DNA from: Candidatus Latescibacterota bacterium
GTDB lineage: Bacteria; Latescibacterota; UBA2968; GCA-2709665
Length of the DNA: 64,000 nucleotides
Assembly (NCBI GenBank): GCA_965205485.1
Contig: OZ242180.1
Span: 2,272,001-2,336,000 of the forward strand
Reading direction: 5' to 3'
Both the position numbers and the translations under genes were made by a program. Below the pieces are notes generated by a model, which saw only the letters and a list, made by a program, of their open reading frames with translations, was not told where the DNA came from and did not search any database. Of the stretch, positions 1-8,608 are shown piece after piece (the stretch's first letter is position 1; each line of letters opens with the position of its first letter).

Positions 1-1947
1 GGTGCCGCGGACCTCGGAGTCGGCGAGCGCGTCGTCTCCCGTGAAGATATCGACCAGAGAAGCAATCTCGGTGCCTTCCGGCGCGCGCATCACCAGATTC
101 GTCCGGTATTGCAGCCCCACGTAATTGAAGATGAGGCAGACAAGGCAGCCGTCGCCGATCATCGGGAACAGCTCCATGGTCGGCACGTCGCGACGGTCCC
201 ACGGCCGCAGGTCCCGGTAGGCGTTGTCCGGCGGGTAGGGCCATATTCGGGCCACCGGCTCCTCCCTCGCCAGCCATTTCAGGATATTCCGCAGCAGCGG
301 TATGCCGTCCGTGGGCGTCCGGACGCCGCCGTGGTCCCCAGGCGTCACGTAGCTGAACTCCGGGACCCCGGCCAGCCAGACCTGCCGGCCGCCGTTATCC
401 TCGTTCACGACCAGCGCCGGCCTCCCGTCGATCTCACCCACCGTCTCCCCTTCGATTCCCGGCTCGGAAAACACGGACTGCAGCATGACGGGATGCGAAA
501 TGCCCTCCAGGAAAGGATGGTCCCGTCTTACGGGTCGCATTTCCGCGCTGTCGATGGATTTCCCCTCCGGCGGCGGGCACGGTCCGTTTCCGGGCCAATC
601 GCGGTCGGGGGTCCGCCCCACCCGGAGCAGACCGTTGCCGGATGCTCCGTAGGCCTGCAGTACGGCCCTCTGCTCGCCGGTCAGGCAATGGGTATCCGGC
701 AGAATCACCGGCCCTTCCAGCGCCTCTCCGGCATCCTGGAGGCGGCCGTCGAAGTGCCAGCGCCAGGGCAGCCCCACGTGGTTCATCACGTCGGGCCAGA
801 CCGCCAACGCCTTCCGGCCCCAGCCGGTTTCCGGATTCCCGTAGATTTCCGTCTGCGTGGGGTTGATGACGGTGGCGGATGCGCAGGGTTTCGTCTTCTC
901 GAAATAGGGAATGAGTTTACCCGCCTCGTGGAATCCGTCCAGAAATCCGGGCAGGATGCGGGCGAGATCATTGGAATACGGCGTAATGTTGTCCGCGCCG
1001 AGCGCGTAGGGAACCGCGCCGGCCATGAAACCGTCTCTGCGGGTCAACTCAGGACCGCCCAGGGGCGGTCTGAATGCCTGCGGATAGATATTCATCGAAC
1101 GCCCGACCGTGGCGCCGGCCAGCGTCCGGGTCGCCTCGGTCAGGATCCGGCGCGCGGGCCGGTACGTGAAATGCGACGTATGGTTGTAGTGATAGGGATC
1201 AGTACAGAGCACGTCCTGGGCCAGCGCGTCCTGGGAGAGATCGATCCCCGCCCGCCAGATGTTCTCGTTGAAGGACACCACCACCGGCGAATACTGAATG
1301 CCGACCATGACGTCAGGGCGCTCGCTTTTGATTTGCGCACGGAACCAGGCGTGAACCCCGGTCCACCGCACCATCCGGCGCTGCACCCACGCCCACCATG
1401 CCTTCGACGCCCAGTCGAAATCGGCGGGCGGCGGCGAGCCGTATTCCCTTTCATACTCGGATACGCAGTGGTCGCAATAGCAGCCGATGTCGCCGTTTGC
1501 GAACCCGATCGCGGCTTCGTCGTTGAGGTGAATCTCCCGGAGCGCGGGCAGCCCGATCACTTTCCTCAGGAGATCGAGGTATTCCGTTTTGTTCTCCGGC
1601 TGAAACGGGCACAGCCATTTGGTGCGTACCAGGTTGTCGCTGTCCAGCGCGGTACCCGAACCTCCGACGCAAACCATGGCCCGCTCCGGATGGTCCCGCA
1701 GGAAATCCTCCCGGTACTTCATATAGCCTGTGAATACGGTCATCCCCAGGCCGAATTCCCGGGCCCACGCGCCGAAGTGACCCACCTGCTCCCAGTCGAA
1801 TCCCTGGCCCGTGAATTTCCGTTCGCCCGTCTTCAGCGAGACGCCGATATCCGTGAACCCCTCACTCCGGATTCGCGCCACGTGGTCGCGGGAATAGCTC
1901 ACTTTCTGGATGTTCAGAAGGGCGGTACGGCGGATTGTTCGTTTCAT
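1..1947 (-). CDS. GH42/GHL-like TIM-barrel protein (putative glycoside hydrolase), runs off the left edge; paralog of 23420..25435
   Basis: Absent from the ORF track because its stop lies outside the window. Hand translation from ATG 1947 gives MKRTIRRTALLNIQK...FTGYMKYREDFL...WLCPFQPENK...HLNDEAAIGF...GCYCDHC...PWDRRDVPTMELFP, collinear with the 671-aa ORF. Confidence 0.8.
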   Translation of the reverse strand, partial: MKRTIRRTALLNIQKVSYSRDHVARIRSEGFTDIGVSLKTGERKFTGQGFDWEQVGHFGAWAREFGLGMTVFTGYMKYREDFLRDHPERAMVCVGGSGTALDSDNLVRTKWLCPFQPENKTEYLDLLRKVIGLPALREIHLNDEAAIGFANGDIGCYCDHCVSEYEREYGSPPPADFDWASKAWWAWVQRRMVRWTGVHAWFRAQIKSERPDVMVGIQYSPVVVSFNENIWRAGIDLSQDALAQDVLCTDPYHYNHTSHFTYRPARRILTEATRTLAGATVGRSMNIYPQAFRPPLGGPELTRRDGFMAGAVPYALGADNITPYSNDLARILPGFLDGFHEAGKLIPYFEKTKPCASATVINPTQTEIYGNPETGWGRKALAVWPDVMNHVGLPWRWHFDGRLQDAGEALEGPVILPDTHCLTGEQRAVLQAYGASGNGLLRVGRTPDRDWPGNGPCPPPEGKSIDSAEMRPVRRDHPFLEGISHPVMLQSVFSEPGIEGETVGEIDGRPALVVNEDNGGRQVWLAGVPEFSYVTPGDHGGVRTPTDGIPLLRNILKWLAREEPVARIWPYPPDNAYRDLRPWDRRDVPTMELFPMIGDGCLVCLIFNYVGLQYRTNLVMRAPEGTEIASLVDIFTGDDALADSEVRGT

Positions 1948-1973
1948 TCGTATTTTCCTTTTAGAGCGCTACA

Positions 1974-3785
1974 TTAGGCCGCAGTCTCCATTCGAAGGGT
2001 ACGTGGCGTTTCGGCGCCCAGATCCAGGGACACGGCCCGCTGGCGCCGTCCCTCCAGTATAACCTCGCGAATGTCCATGGTTTCGCCCGTTTCGGCAACG
2101 CGGACCCCGATCACGCGATCGGGCAGCAGCAGCGTGAGTCCGTGGAGGTCTCCGGGGGAGGCCATCGTCAGAAATACGGCCCGGCCGTCCTCTCTCCGTG
2201 CCTCGAGGCGTACGTCGGCCCTGGCCCGGGAGAACCGCGACCACCGTTCCTGGTTTTCGAACCGGCATCCCGCCGCCCGGGCGCCGTCGAGGCCCATCTC
2301 CAGCGACCGGCGGGACGCGCTGGGATGGTCCTGGGGCATGACGACGTAGCTCGGGTGAAAGTTGGCGATCTGCACCCCGTGCCAGCGATGCGCCGCGTCC
2401 TCGGCGAACCGGGTGAGCTCCTCGCCGTATGCTTCCGCCGAAAGGCCCACCCTTCCAGTAGATTTCGGATCCGAGGTATTCCGCTCCCCAAGCGTCTGAC
2501 TCTCGTCCCACTGCGCCGGCATGTGCCACAGGTCGAGGACCCCCACACCATGTTGAAAATAGCGAAGTGGCAGGGCGGTCGAAATCATGTACGGCCCGTA
2601 GCGCTCATCGTGCCGCATCCGCGGATCGTGGGAGATGAAGTGGGTGGGTGTGTACCAGCCGAGGTCGACCACCATTTCCGCCATCGGCTGACCGGACCAC
2701 TGGCAGCCGTGAATGCAGATCGAGTCCATGTCCAGACCGGTGTCGCGGAAGAAGCTGTCGCGGTGCGCCTCGAGGTTGGCGCGGATATCGGGAAGCGCGT
2801 TTTCGTTAAGGTCCTGCGCGGTGCGCGACCGCCGGACCTTCTGGCCCGAGACCTCGACGATAGGCCGTGTGACGGCGTCCAGGTTGGCTTCGATGGTGAT
2901 GCCGTGCCCCCGTTCGTGCCAGTCTCTCATCAAATCGCCGCCGTACCGGCTCACGGGGGGTCTGTTGAATGTCAGATAGGCGCCGTATTCCTCGGCGACT
3001 TCCACCTCCACGTCGGCGCCGGCTTCTCCGCAGCCATCGCCCTTCACGAACCAGAGCGCGGGGGCGGCGTCGGGAAAGTGCCAGAGTCGAGGAAGACCCG
3101 TATCGGACAGAGAAGCGAGAACGAGCGTCCGAAGGATATCCTGATGCAGATCGCACACCGGCACGTCCCGGGGCAGCTTGTCGGAAAGGTCGAAGAACCC
3201 ATAGATGTGCCGGGGCCCCGTGAGCGGCCCCATATCCTTCGCCGGCCGCTCCCTCACGTCGCCCGTACCGTGACGCAGCGTCGCCACGGTCCGGCAGAGG
3301 TCGTAGCCGTAGATCCAGGCCGTTCCCTTTCCCACGCGGGCGGAAACGAGACCGGATCCGCATCGCTCTCCGCCATCGGCCCGAAGCGCCGCCGCTTCCT
3401 GTCCCCCGCGAAGGGGGTGGGCGGTGTCGTCCGGGCACAGCAACGGCACGTCGCCGTGTTCCCAGCCGTTCAGCGCGGTCACGGCCACGTGGGCATCGGA
3501 AACGGCATCCGAGACCGAGACGCCGAACGCTGTCGCGACAGCCGGGTCGGGCGCGGTCGAGATCAGCGTCACACCCGCGGAGACAGCCCTCGCCAGGCGC
3601 TCCGCGGTCGAACGGCTGACGCCGGTACCAGCCAGCATCACCACACTTACACCCGGCGGAGCGCCGTCGAACGTGTGCGCCGGCCGTTCTTCCAGCCAGG
3701 GAAAACCCTCGCACCGCAGTACCTCGGCGCAAAGTCCTTCCGATGGGTCGCCGTTCGCGCGCAGAATCAGGATAGGTTGTTCCAT
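1974..3785 (-). CDS. Hypothetical protein, probable polysaccharide-deacetylase (NodB)-like barrel with an N-terminal GATase-like domain
   Basis: 603-aa ORF co-oriented with its neighbours. The LPRLWHFP-x-KGDG...IHG...NFHP pattern resembles CE4-like metal-binding motifs. Confidence 0.5.
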   Translation of the reverse strand: MEQPILILRANGDPSEGLCAEVLRCEGFPWLEERPAHTFDGAPPGVSVVMLAGTGVSRSTAERLARAVSAGVTLISTAPDPAVATAFGVSVSDAVSDAHVAVTALNGWEHGDVPLLCPDDTAHPLRGGQEAAALRADGGERCGSGLVSARVGKGTAWIYGYDLCRTVATLRHGTGDVRERPAKDMGPLTGPRHIYGFFDLSDKLPRDVPVCDLHQDILRTLVLASLSDTGLPRLWHFPDAAPALWFVKGDGCGEAGADVEVEVAEEYGAYLTFNRPPVSRYGGDLMRDWHERGHGITIEANLDAVTRPIVEVSGQKVRRSRTAQDLNENALPDIRANLEAHRDSFFRDTGLDMDSICIHGCQWSGQPMAEMVVDLGWYTPTHFISHDPRMRHDERYGPYMISTALPLRYFQHGVGVLDLWHMPAQWDESQTLGERNTSDPKSTGRVGLSAEAYGEELTRFAEDAAHRWHGVQIANFHPSYVVMPQDHPSASRRSLEMGLDGARAAGCRFENQERWSRFSRARADVRLEARREDGRAVFLTMASPGDLHGLTLLLPDRVIGVRVAETGETMDIREVILEGRRQRAVSLDLGAETPRTLRMETAA

Positions 3786-3925
3786 TCAGGCACCATTATT
3801 GCTTAATGATTATGTAGGAAGTCGACAGTTGGCGACTCAAAGTCTGATCACCGCGGTATGTCGCTCGACTCAGAGCGAGAGTCGGTTCTGGGTCGCCCGT
3901 CGTTTCAGACAGGAGTCGTTTCTGC

Positions 3926-3959
3926 TTTACAAATAGTATCATTATTGGTATTATAATTT
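3926..3959 (+). promoter_or_regulatory. Sigma70-like promoter and operator of hicAB
   Basis: TTTACA (3926) - 17 nt - TATTAT (3949). Imperfect inverted repeat tagtatca/tggtatta lies between the boxes. No SD before ATG 3960. Confidence 0.55.
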
Positions 3960-4208
3960 ATGGTAAGCACCACTGACATCCTCAGTGCACTACGTAATAA
4001 TCCCGCGGGAGTCCGGTTCGCTGACCTCGTGAAAATCTGCGACGGATATTTCGGGCCACCACGTCAGACCGGAACGAGCCATCGGGTCTACCGGATGCCG
4101 TGGCCGGGCGATCCACGCGTGAACATCCAAAACGACAAGGGCATGGCGAAGCCGTATCAGGTCCGCCAGGTGATCAAGGCAATTGAGAAACTCGAGGAGT
4201 CAAAATGA
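3960..4208 (+). CDS. hicA: HicA-family toxin
   Basis: 82 aa, RFADLVKIC..YFG.PRQ.GTSH..Y...PRVNIQ..KGMAKPYQVRQV. ATGA overlap with the antitoxin. Confidence 0.85.
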   Translation: MVSTTDILSALRNNPAGVRFADLVKICDGYFGPPRQTGTSHRVYRMPWPGDPRVNIQNDKGMAKPYQVRQVIKAIEKLEESK

Positions 4209-4531
4209 ACGATCATTACACCTACCGGATCACGTGGTCCGCGGAAGACAGCGAACACGTGGGTCTCTGCGCCGAGTTCCCGTCGCTGAGCTGGCTCGCG
4301 CCGTCACCCGACGAGGCATTGTCCGGCATCCAGCGGCTCGTTCGAGAATCCGTGGACGACATGCGCGCCACAGGTGAACCAACACCGGTACCATTGGCGG
4401 ACCGCGCGTATAGCGGCAAATTCCTGGTGCGTCTGCCGCCGGAATCCCACCGCGCCCTGGTCATCGAAGCGGCGGAACAGGGCGTGAGCCTGAACCGGTT
4501 GGTGAGCGCGCGGCTGGCGGGCGTCTCATAA
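4205..4531 (+). CDS. hicB: HicB-family antitoxin with C-terminal RHH
   Basis: YTYRITWSAED.EHVGLCAEFPSLSW...YSGKFLVRLPPESHRALVIEAAEQGVSLN. Confidence 0.9.
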   Translation: MNDHYTYRITWSAEDSEHVGLCAEFPSLSWLAPSPDEALSGIQRLVRESVDDMRATGEPTPVPLADRAYSGKFLVRLPPESHRALVIEAAEQGVSLNRLVSARLAGVS

Positions 4532-4581
4532 TTGGTTGCGGCTGAGGAAACGAAGCCGCATCAGGCTGCATAACCTCAATG

Positions 4582-4783
4582 CGAAAAAAGACAACAGTCA
4601 AATTGGCCACAAAAGGCACAAAAGGCACAGAAGGGACCGGTGCCAAACGGGGTATCGAGGTCGTCCATATGGATGATATTTCCGTTCACGTCCAGCGACC
4701 TGGTGTATCCTGGTAATCCGCCTTCTAATCGCCTTGATTAACTTGCACATATACGAACTAACGTCACCGAAAAACAACGATTC
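4582..4783. repeat. Dispersed non-coding element, copy 1 (left arm with 9-nt periodic cacaaaagg plus ~100-bp right arm)
   Basis: 4582-4634 matches 51358-51409. 4681-4783 aligns without gaps to 55922-56024. Confidence 0.75.
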
Positions 4784-4787
4784 CTGG

Positions 4788-5216
4788 TCAGATCTTGTCG
4801 ACTCCCCAGAGGTGTCCCAGCAGGAAGTTGTTGATATTCCCTCGCTGCCCGCCAATGCCGCCCAGGTGATAGGCGCCGTCCACGGGATTCGCGGCGATGT
4901 AGTGCACGATGGCATCCCGTTTCCGTACCAGCCGCTTCAATTGGTCCTGATCGCGCGTGCGGTGGTAGGTTTCCGCGGTCCGCCTCGCGCCCATCAGCCG
5001 GTCGCCAATCTCCTCACGCGCTCTGGCGCCCACCAGAATCTTTACGGGCGCGCCGCTCTTTTCCCCATGATGCAGACCGATGGGCGCACCAGCGAGCTTC
5101 CCGATGTAATGCGCCAGTTCTTCCCCGGCCGTCTTTTCAGCCGGTTCGGGTTTCGCCGGCAACTCCACCGCACAACGCGCGCGGCGGTGGGCGGCCAGGA
5201 TCACGGTCCTATCCAT
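4788..5216 (-). pseudogene. Short DUF4838/GH67-N-terminal-like protein, probably an internally deleted remnant
   Basis: 142 aa from ATG 5216, overlapping the upstream stop. PEPAEKTAGEELAHYIGKLAGAPI...ILVG resembles the N-terminal domain of much larger DUF4838-type proteins. No catalytic barrel follows. Confidence 0.45.
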
Positions 5217-6486
5217 TGCCAGCTTCCACTTCCCACGTGTACGCGGCTGACCCGTTGCCATTTTCCACGCGGCAGGTTACCGAATGTCTTCCCGCACTGT
5301 CCGCGACGAATCGCAATGATCCGCCGTTTCCGGGTATTGCCCTGCCATTGGACGTCCACGAAAACCGGAGGTCCGGATCGTCGACTTCGTCGGCCGCCAA
5401 TTCGGCGCACCCGACGTGGCGATACACCCCGTCGCCGTCCCGCTGGCGCGAGCCGTCCGGCGCGACCCAGCCGTCGTCCATGTCCCGTGCGGAATAGTAC
5501 ATTAGGTATCTGCCCGGCAACTTCAAGACGTGCGGGGTGGACGTGTACCGGCCGTCGAACGCTTCCCTTCGCGGGTTCGGGGGAAAGGTCGGCACGTCGT
5601 TCTGGTAGTACCAGGTGCTGCCGTCACGCGTCCGCCCGAACGAGATATCGAAAAGCCCGCCCGCGCGGTGACCGCCGAACCACATCGCCAGTTCACCCCG
5701 ATCGCGTATCACGAAGGGATACACGCACGAGCGATAGATCCCGCCGTACCGCACCGCGTCGCCTTCGTGTTCCCAGTGCAGACCGTCCCCGGACCGGGCG
5801 GATACGACATTCAGGGTCATCTGCAGGTCCGGGGCCGACCTGGACGGCGCGTTCACCCACATCCTGTATGTCCCGTCGTCCAGTATCAGGACGCACGGGC
5901 GCCGCCCGGTACGCAGCACAGGCTCCGGGTGGAACGTCCATGAAATCCCGTCGGGACTCTCGCCGTACCCCACCCGCTGGTTCAACCACGGGCGTCCCTC
6001 AGTGTCGATTTCATCGACGGCGGTAAACCACATCCTGTAAATCTTCGTCTTGAGGTCGTACAGCACGTACGGCGTCTGGAATCGCCATCCCCACGGAATC
6101 GCATCGTCTGTGACGATCGGATTTTCAGGCCACGGGTCCCAGCGCAGCCCGTCCGTTGACGTGGCGTACCCGAGATGGATGTACGAAGGGTTGCGCGCGT
6201 GGTCGGAACTGCCCACGTACCACATCTTGAAGATGCCGTCTGCCCTCAGCACACAGGGCATGTAGAGGATCACCCGGCACCAGTCCTGTTTCGTCGTCGC
6301 CGCTGACAGGATGGGATCGGACAGGCGCCGCCAGTCCTGCCGTGTCGGGAGCGACTGACAGGATTCTACGTCGAGACGAAGGTCGATGGTCTCACCGGCC
6401 TTGACCGAAATCGTCCGTCCTGTCGGATCGACGCCGCAGATGCGGGGCATGTGCCACGCCGGAATATCGGGGACACCCGCTGCCAT
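5209..6486 (-). CDS. Five-bladed beta-propeller glycosidase-like protein flanked by split Ig/PKD-like halves
   Basis: Five repeats of P-x-V...(Y/F)xMW(Y/F)...GYA.S.DG..W. Paralog of 10609..11631. Start taken at MAAGVPD. Confidence 0.75.
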   Translation of the reverse strand: MAAGVPDIPAWHMPRICGVDPTGRTISVKAGETIDLRLDVESCQSLPTRQDWRRLSDPILSAATTKQDWCRVILYMPCVLRADGIFKMWYVGSSDHARNPSYIHLGYATSTDGLRWDPWPENPIVTDDAIPWGWRFQTPYVLYDLKTKIYRMWFTAVDEIDTEGRPWLNQRVGYGESPDGISWTFHPEPVLRTGRRPCVLILDDGTYRMWVNAPSRSAPDLQMTLNVVSARSGDGLHWEHEGDAVRYGGIYRSCVYPFVIRDRGELAMWFGGHRAGGLFDISFGRTRDGSTWYYQNDVPTFPPNPRREAFDGRYTSTPHVLKLPGRYLMYYSARDMDDGWVAPDGSRQRDGDGVYRHVGCAELAADEVDDPDLRFSWTSNGRAIPGNGGSLRFVADSAGRHSVTCRVENGNGSAAYTWEVEAGNG

Positions 6487-6513
6487 CCGTTCTTCCTTCC
6501 GTTGCAAAAAGCG

Positions 6514-6584
6514 AGAGAAGAGGAGTTAGAGAAGAGGAGTTAGAGAAGAGGAGTGAGGAAAGAGAAGTGAGAAAAGAGAGAAAG
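6514..6584. repeat. Purine-rich tandem repeat (14-mer agagaagaggagtt x3, then degenerate heptads)
   Basis: Directly visible in the intergenic gap. Confidence 0.8.
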
Positions 6585-6632
6585 TCTACGGCGTTGGGAA
6601 GGCCGGAGGACTCTCAATACTCGCTCCTGGGC

Positions 6633-7586
6633 CTATTCCCCGCGGGGTCGATATCTGGGCGTGAACGCCCGTCCGTAGAACAGCGGCATCAGCTCATGCG
6701 GTACGTGGTCGGTCTGTCCGAGTGACGCCATTCCGCCGAACTCGTAGTCGGAATGGACCAGCCGCGAGAGCATGATGAGCCGCTCCTTGTCCGTCTCGAT
6801 GTTGATGGTCCGGTGCATCAGCGGGCCGTCGGCGAACAGCAGCGCCGAGCCCCGCTTCGCCGTGGTCTGGTGGAAGAACTCGGAGTCCGGATGGTCCGTG
6901 ATGTACTGCTTCAGATCGTCGTACGAGAGGTCGAGTCTGTGACTTCCCGCGAAGATCCCGGTACCGCCGTCGCCGGGGCCCACGTCCGTGAGATAGAGGA
7001 TCAAACCGAGGATCTGCGTATGGAACCAGCCATTCTTGCGGACCGCCCGGTCCTTGTGTCGCGTGACCCCGCCGTGCCAGCCAAGGACGGGGGTTTCGGA
7101 ACGCCGGTTGAAGCGGACGGCGACCTGATGGAACCGGAAGGTCCCGCCCAGCAGTTCGGTCGCGATCCCCAGGACGCGCGGCCTGGTCAGAACCGACAGG
7201 TAGATGGGGTCCAGGCCCAGCACGTTCTCAATCTCAAGACGTTCCAGGTGAAGTTCGCCCGAAGCCGTCCTCCTCCGGTTCGCCCGCCAGATCGCCCCGT
7301 CCCGGAAGTCCTCGTATTTTCTGGGCGGCGGAGGCGGTGTGATCTCGTTGTCGCCGGCCGCGTCCAGGATTTCCGCCTTCAGTTTGTGGGCTGACGCTTC
7401 TATGGACTGCAACTCCGGCTCGGTAAACAGGTCCTCGACGATGGTGTACCCGAAAAGCTCGAACCGCATCCGCTGTTCCAGCGTCAGGGCCGGGAATGGA
7501 TAGTCGAATTCGGTCTGCGGCACATCCGAGAACCCGAATCCGGGATTCGGCGCGGTGTAGCTGGTTTTCGTCGCTGTCTCGGCCAT
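6633..7586 (-). CDS. PhyH-family Fe(II)/2-oxoglutarate dioxygenase with HxG motif
   Basis: LTLEQRMRFELFGY, LGWHGG, YLTDVGPGDGGTGIFAGSH, LMHRT. Start at MAETATK after a GGAGG SD. Confidence 0.8.
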   Translation of the reverse strand: MAETATKTSYTAPNPGFGFSDVPQTEFDYPFPALTLEQRMRFELFGYTIVEDLFTEPELQSIEASAHKLKAEILDAAGDNEITPPPPPRKYEDFRDGAIWRANRRRTASGELHLERLEIENVLGLDPIYLSVLTRPRVLGIATELLGGTFRFHQVAVRFNRRSETPVLGWHGGVTRHKDRAVRKNGWFHTQILGLILYLTDVGPGDGGTGIFAGSHRLDLSYDDLKQYITDHPDSEFFHQTTAKRGSALLFADGPLMHRTINIETDKERLIMLSRLVHSDYEFGGMASLGQTDHVPHELMPLFYGRAFTPRYRPRGE

Positions 7587-7641
7587 TTCGATGCACCTCC
7601 AAAGACAATCTGTCCGTTTCGACAGGCTCAACGAAACTCAT

Positions 7642-7712
7642 TGAACCCCTGGCTGTACCTCGAACTGAACCCACGGCCGTACCTCGAACTGCCAGTTCGA
7701 GCTACCTGATCA
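7642..7712. repeat. 24-bp tandem duplication plus GTAG-type REP-like hairpin
   Basis: tgaaccc(ct/ac)ggc(t/c)gtacctcgaac x2 at 7642-7689. tcgaactgccagttcga-gctacctgatca also occurs at 23383-23412. Confidence 0.7.
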
Positions 7713-7730
7713 AGCAGCCTCATTCCCGAG

Positions 7731-8555
7731 TCAATCCCCTGCCCGCACCCAGTGCCTGAAAAGGGGCTTCACCTTTTCGGGCATCGAATCATAGACTTCC
7801 TGCGGAACGGGCGGGACCTCTGGCGCATTGAGTCCGGTGGCCTCCAGCATCCGCTCGCGCGCTTCGGAGCCGGGCATCAGGACACCGGTATCGAGCCACC
7901 AGGGCGCGTAGCGAATCACGACCGACACGCGCGGCTCGTCGGAACGGTTGGGGGCCGTGGCGTGCCACAGCCGGCTGTCCAGCATCAGCACGCTTCCCGC
8001 TTCGCCTTCCGCGTTGCATTCGCCGGGAATGGCGCCGAGCGGGTCGAATCCGTTTCCCCCGCTTGGATTGTTGTTCGAACGGTGGCTGCCGGGAAGAATG
8101 AGGGTTCCTCCGTTTTTCGCACTGAAGGGTGAGAGCATCCACAGCGTGGTGAGGTGCATCACCGCGTCGGGATAGGGCGCGGCAATATGTCCGGCGTTGT
8201 TCTGGTTGAAGGGCCAGTCGGCGTGCCACGCGCCGCGCGGATTACCCGGGAAATTCACCGTCGCGGTTGTGAAAGAGATCCGGACGTGTTCGCCCAGCAT
8301 TCCCTCGACGACGCCCATGACCCCGGAATCCGCCACATAGGGCGCGAAAGACTGCTCCCGGGCGACGAAACCGGAGACGTGGCCGATGCCCTTGTCGTCG
8401 AGCGTTTCGGCATTCGCGTGCCGGTGGACGGCATCCATGACGCTCTCTCTCACCGCCGTAACCCGGTCCTCGGGTACGACGTTCTTCACGACACACCAGC
8501 CGTTGACGCGCATCTGCATGAGTTCGCCCTGCATCCGGTCTGCTCCTGAATCCAT
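7731..8555 (-). CDS. PhyH-family Fe(II)/2-oxoglutarate dioxygenase (canonical HxD...H)
   Basis: WHADWP, LWMLSPFSAKNGGTLILPGSH, DSRLWHATAPN.S..PR. Confidence 0.9.
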   Translation of the reverse strand: MDSGADRMQGELMQMRVNGWCVVKNVVPEDRVTAVRESVMDAVHRHANAETLDDKGIGHVSGFVAREQSFAPYVADSGVMGVVEGMLGEHVRISFTTATVNFPGNPRGAWHADWPFNQNNAGHIAAPYPDAVMHLTTLWMLSPFSAKNGGTLILPGSHRSNNNPSGGNGFDPLGAIPGECNAEGEAGSVLMLDSRLWHATAPNRSDEPRVSVVIRYAPWWLDTGVLMPGSEARERMLEATGLNAPEVPPVPQEVYDSMPEKVKPLFRHWVRAGD

Positions 8556-8608
8556 ATAGTTATCCTCTTAGATCGGCGTGACGGCACGCAAGCCGCCCGT
8601 CCCCGCGC

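Noticed and set aside
109..1977. 622-aa plus-strand ORF, and similar long antisense ORFs (2142..3806, 24005..25600, 27490..28941, 40498..42075)
   Set aside because: Shadow ORFs opposite real genes in GC-rich DNA, with no recognisable motifs. The real gene at 1..1947 is on the minus strand.
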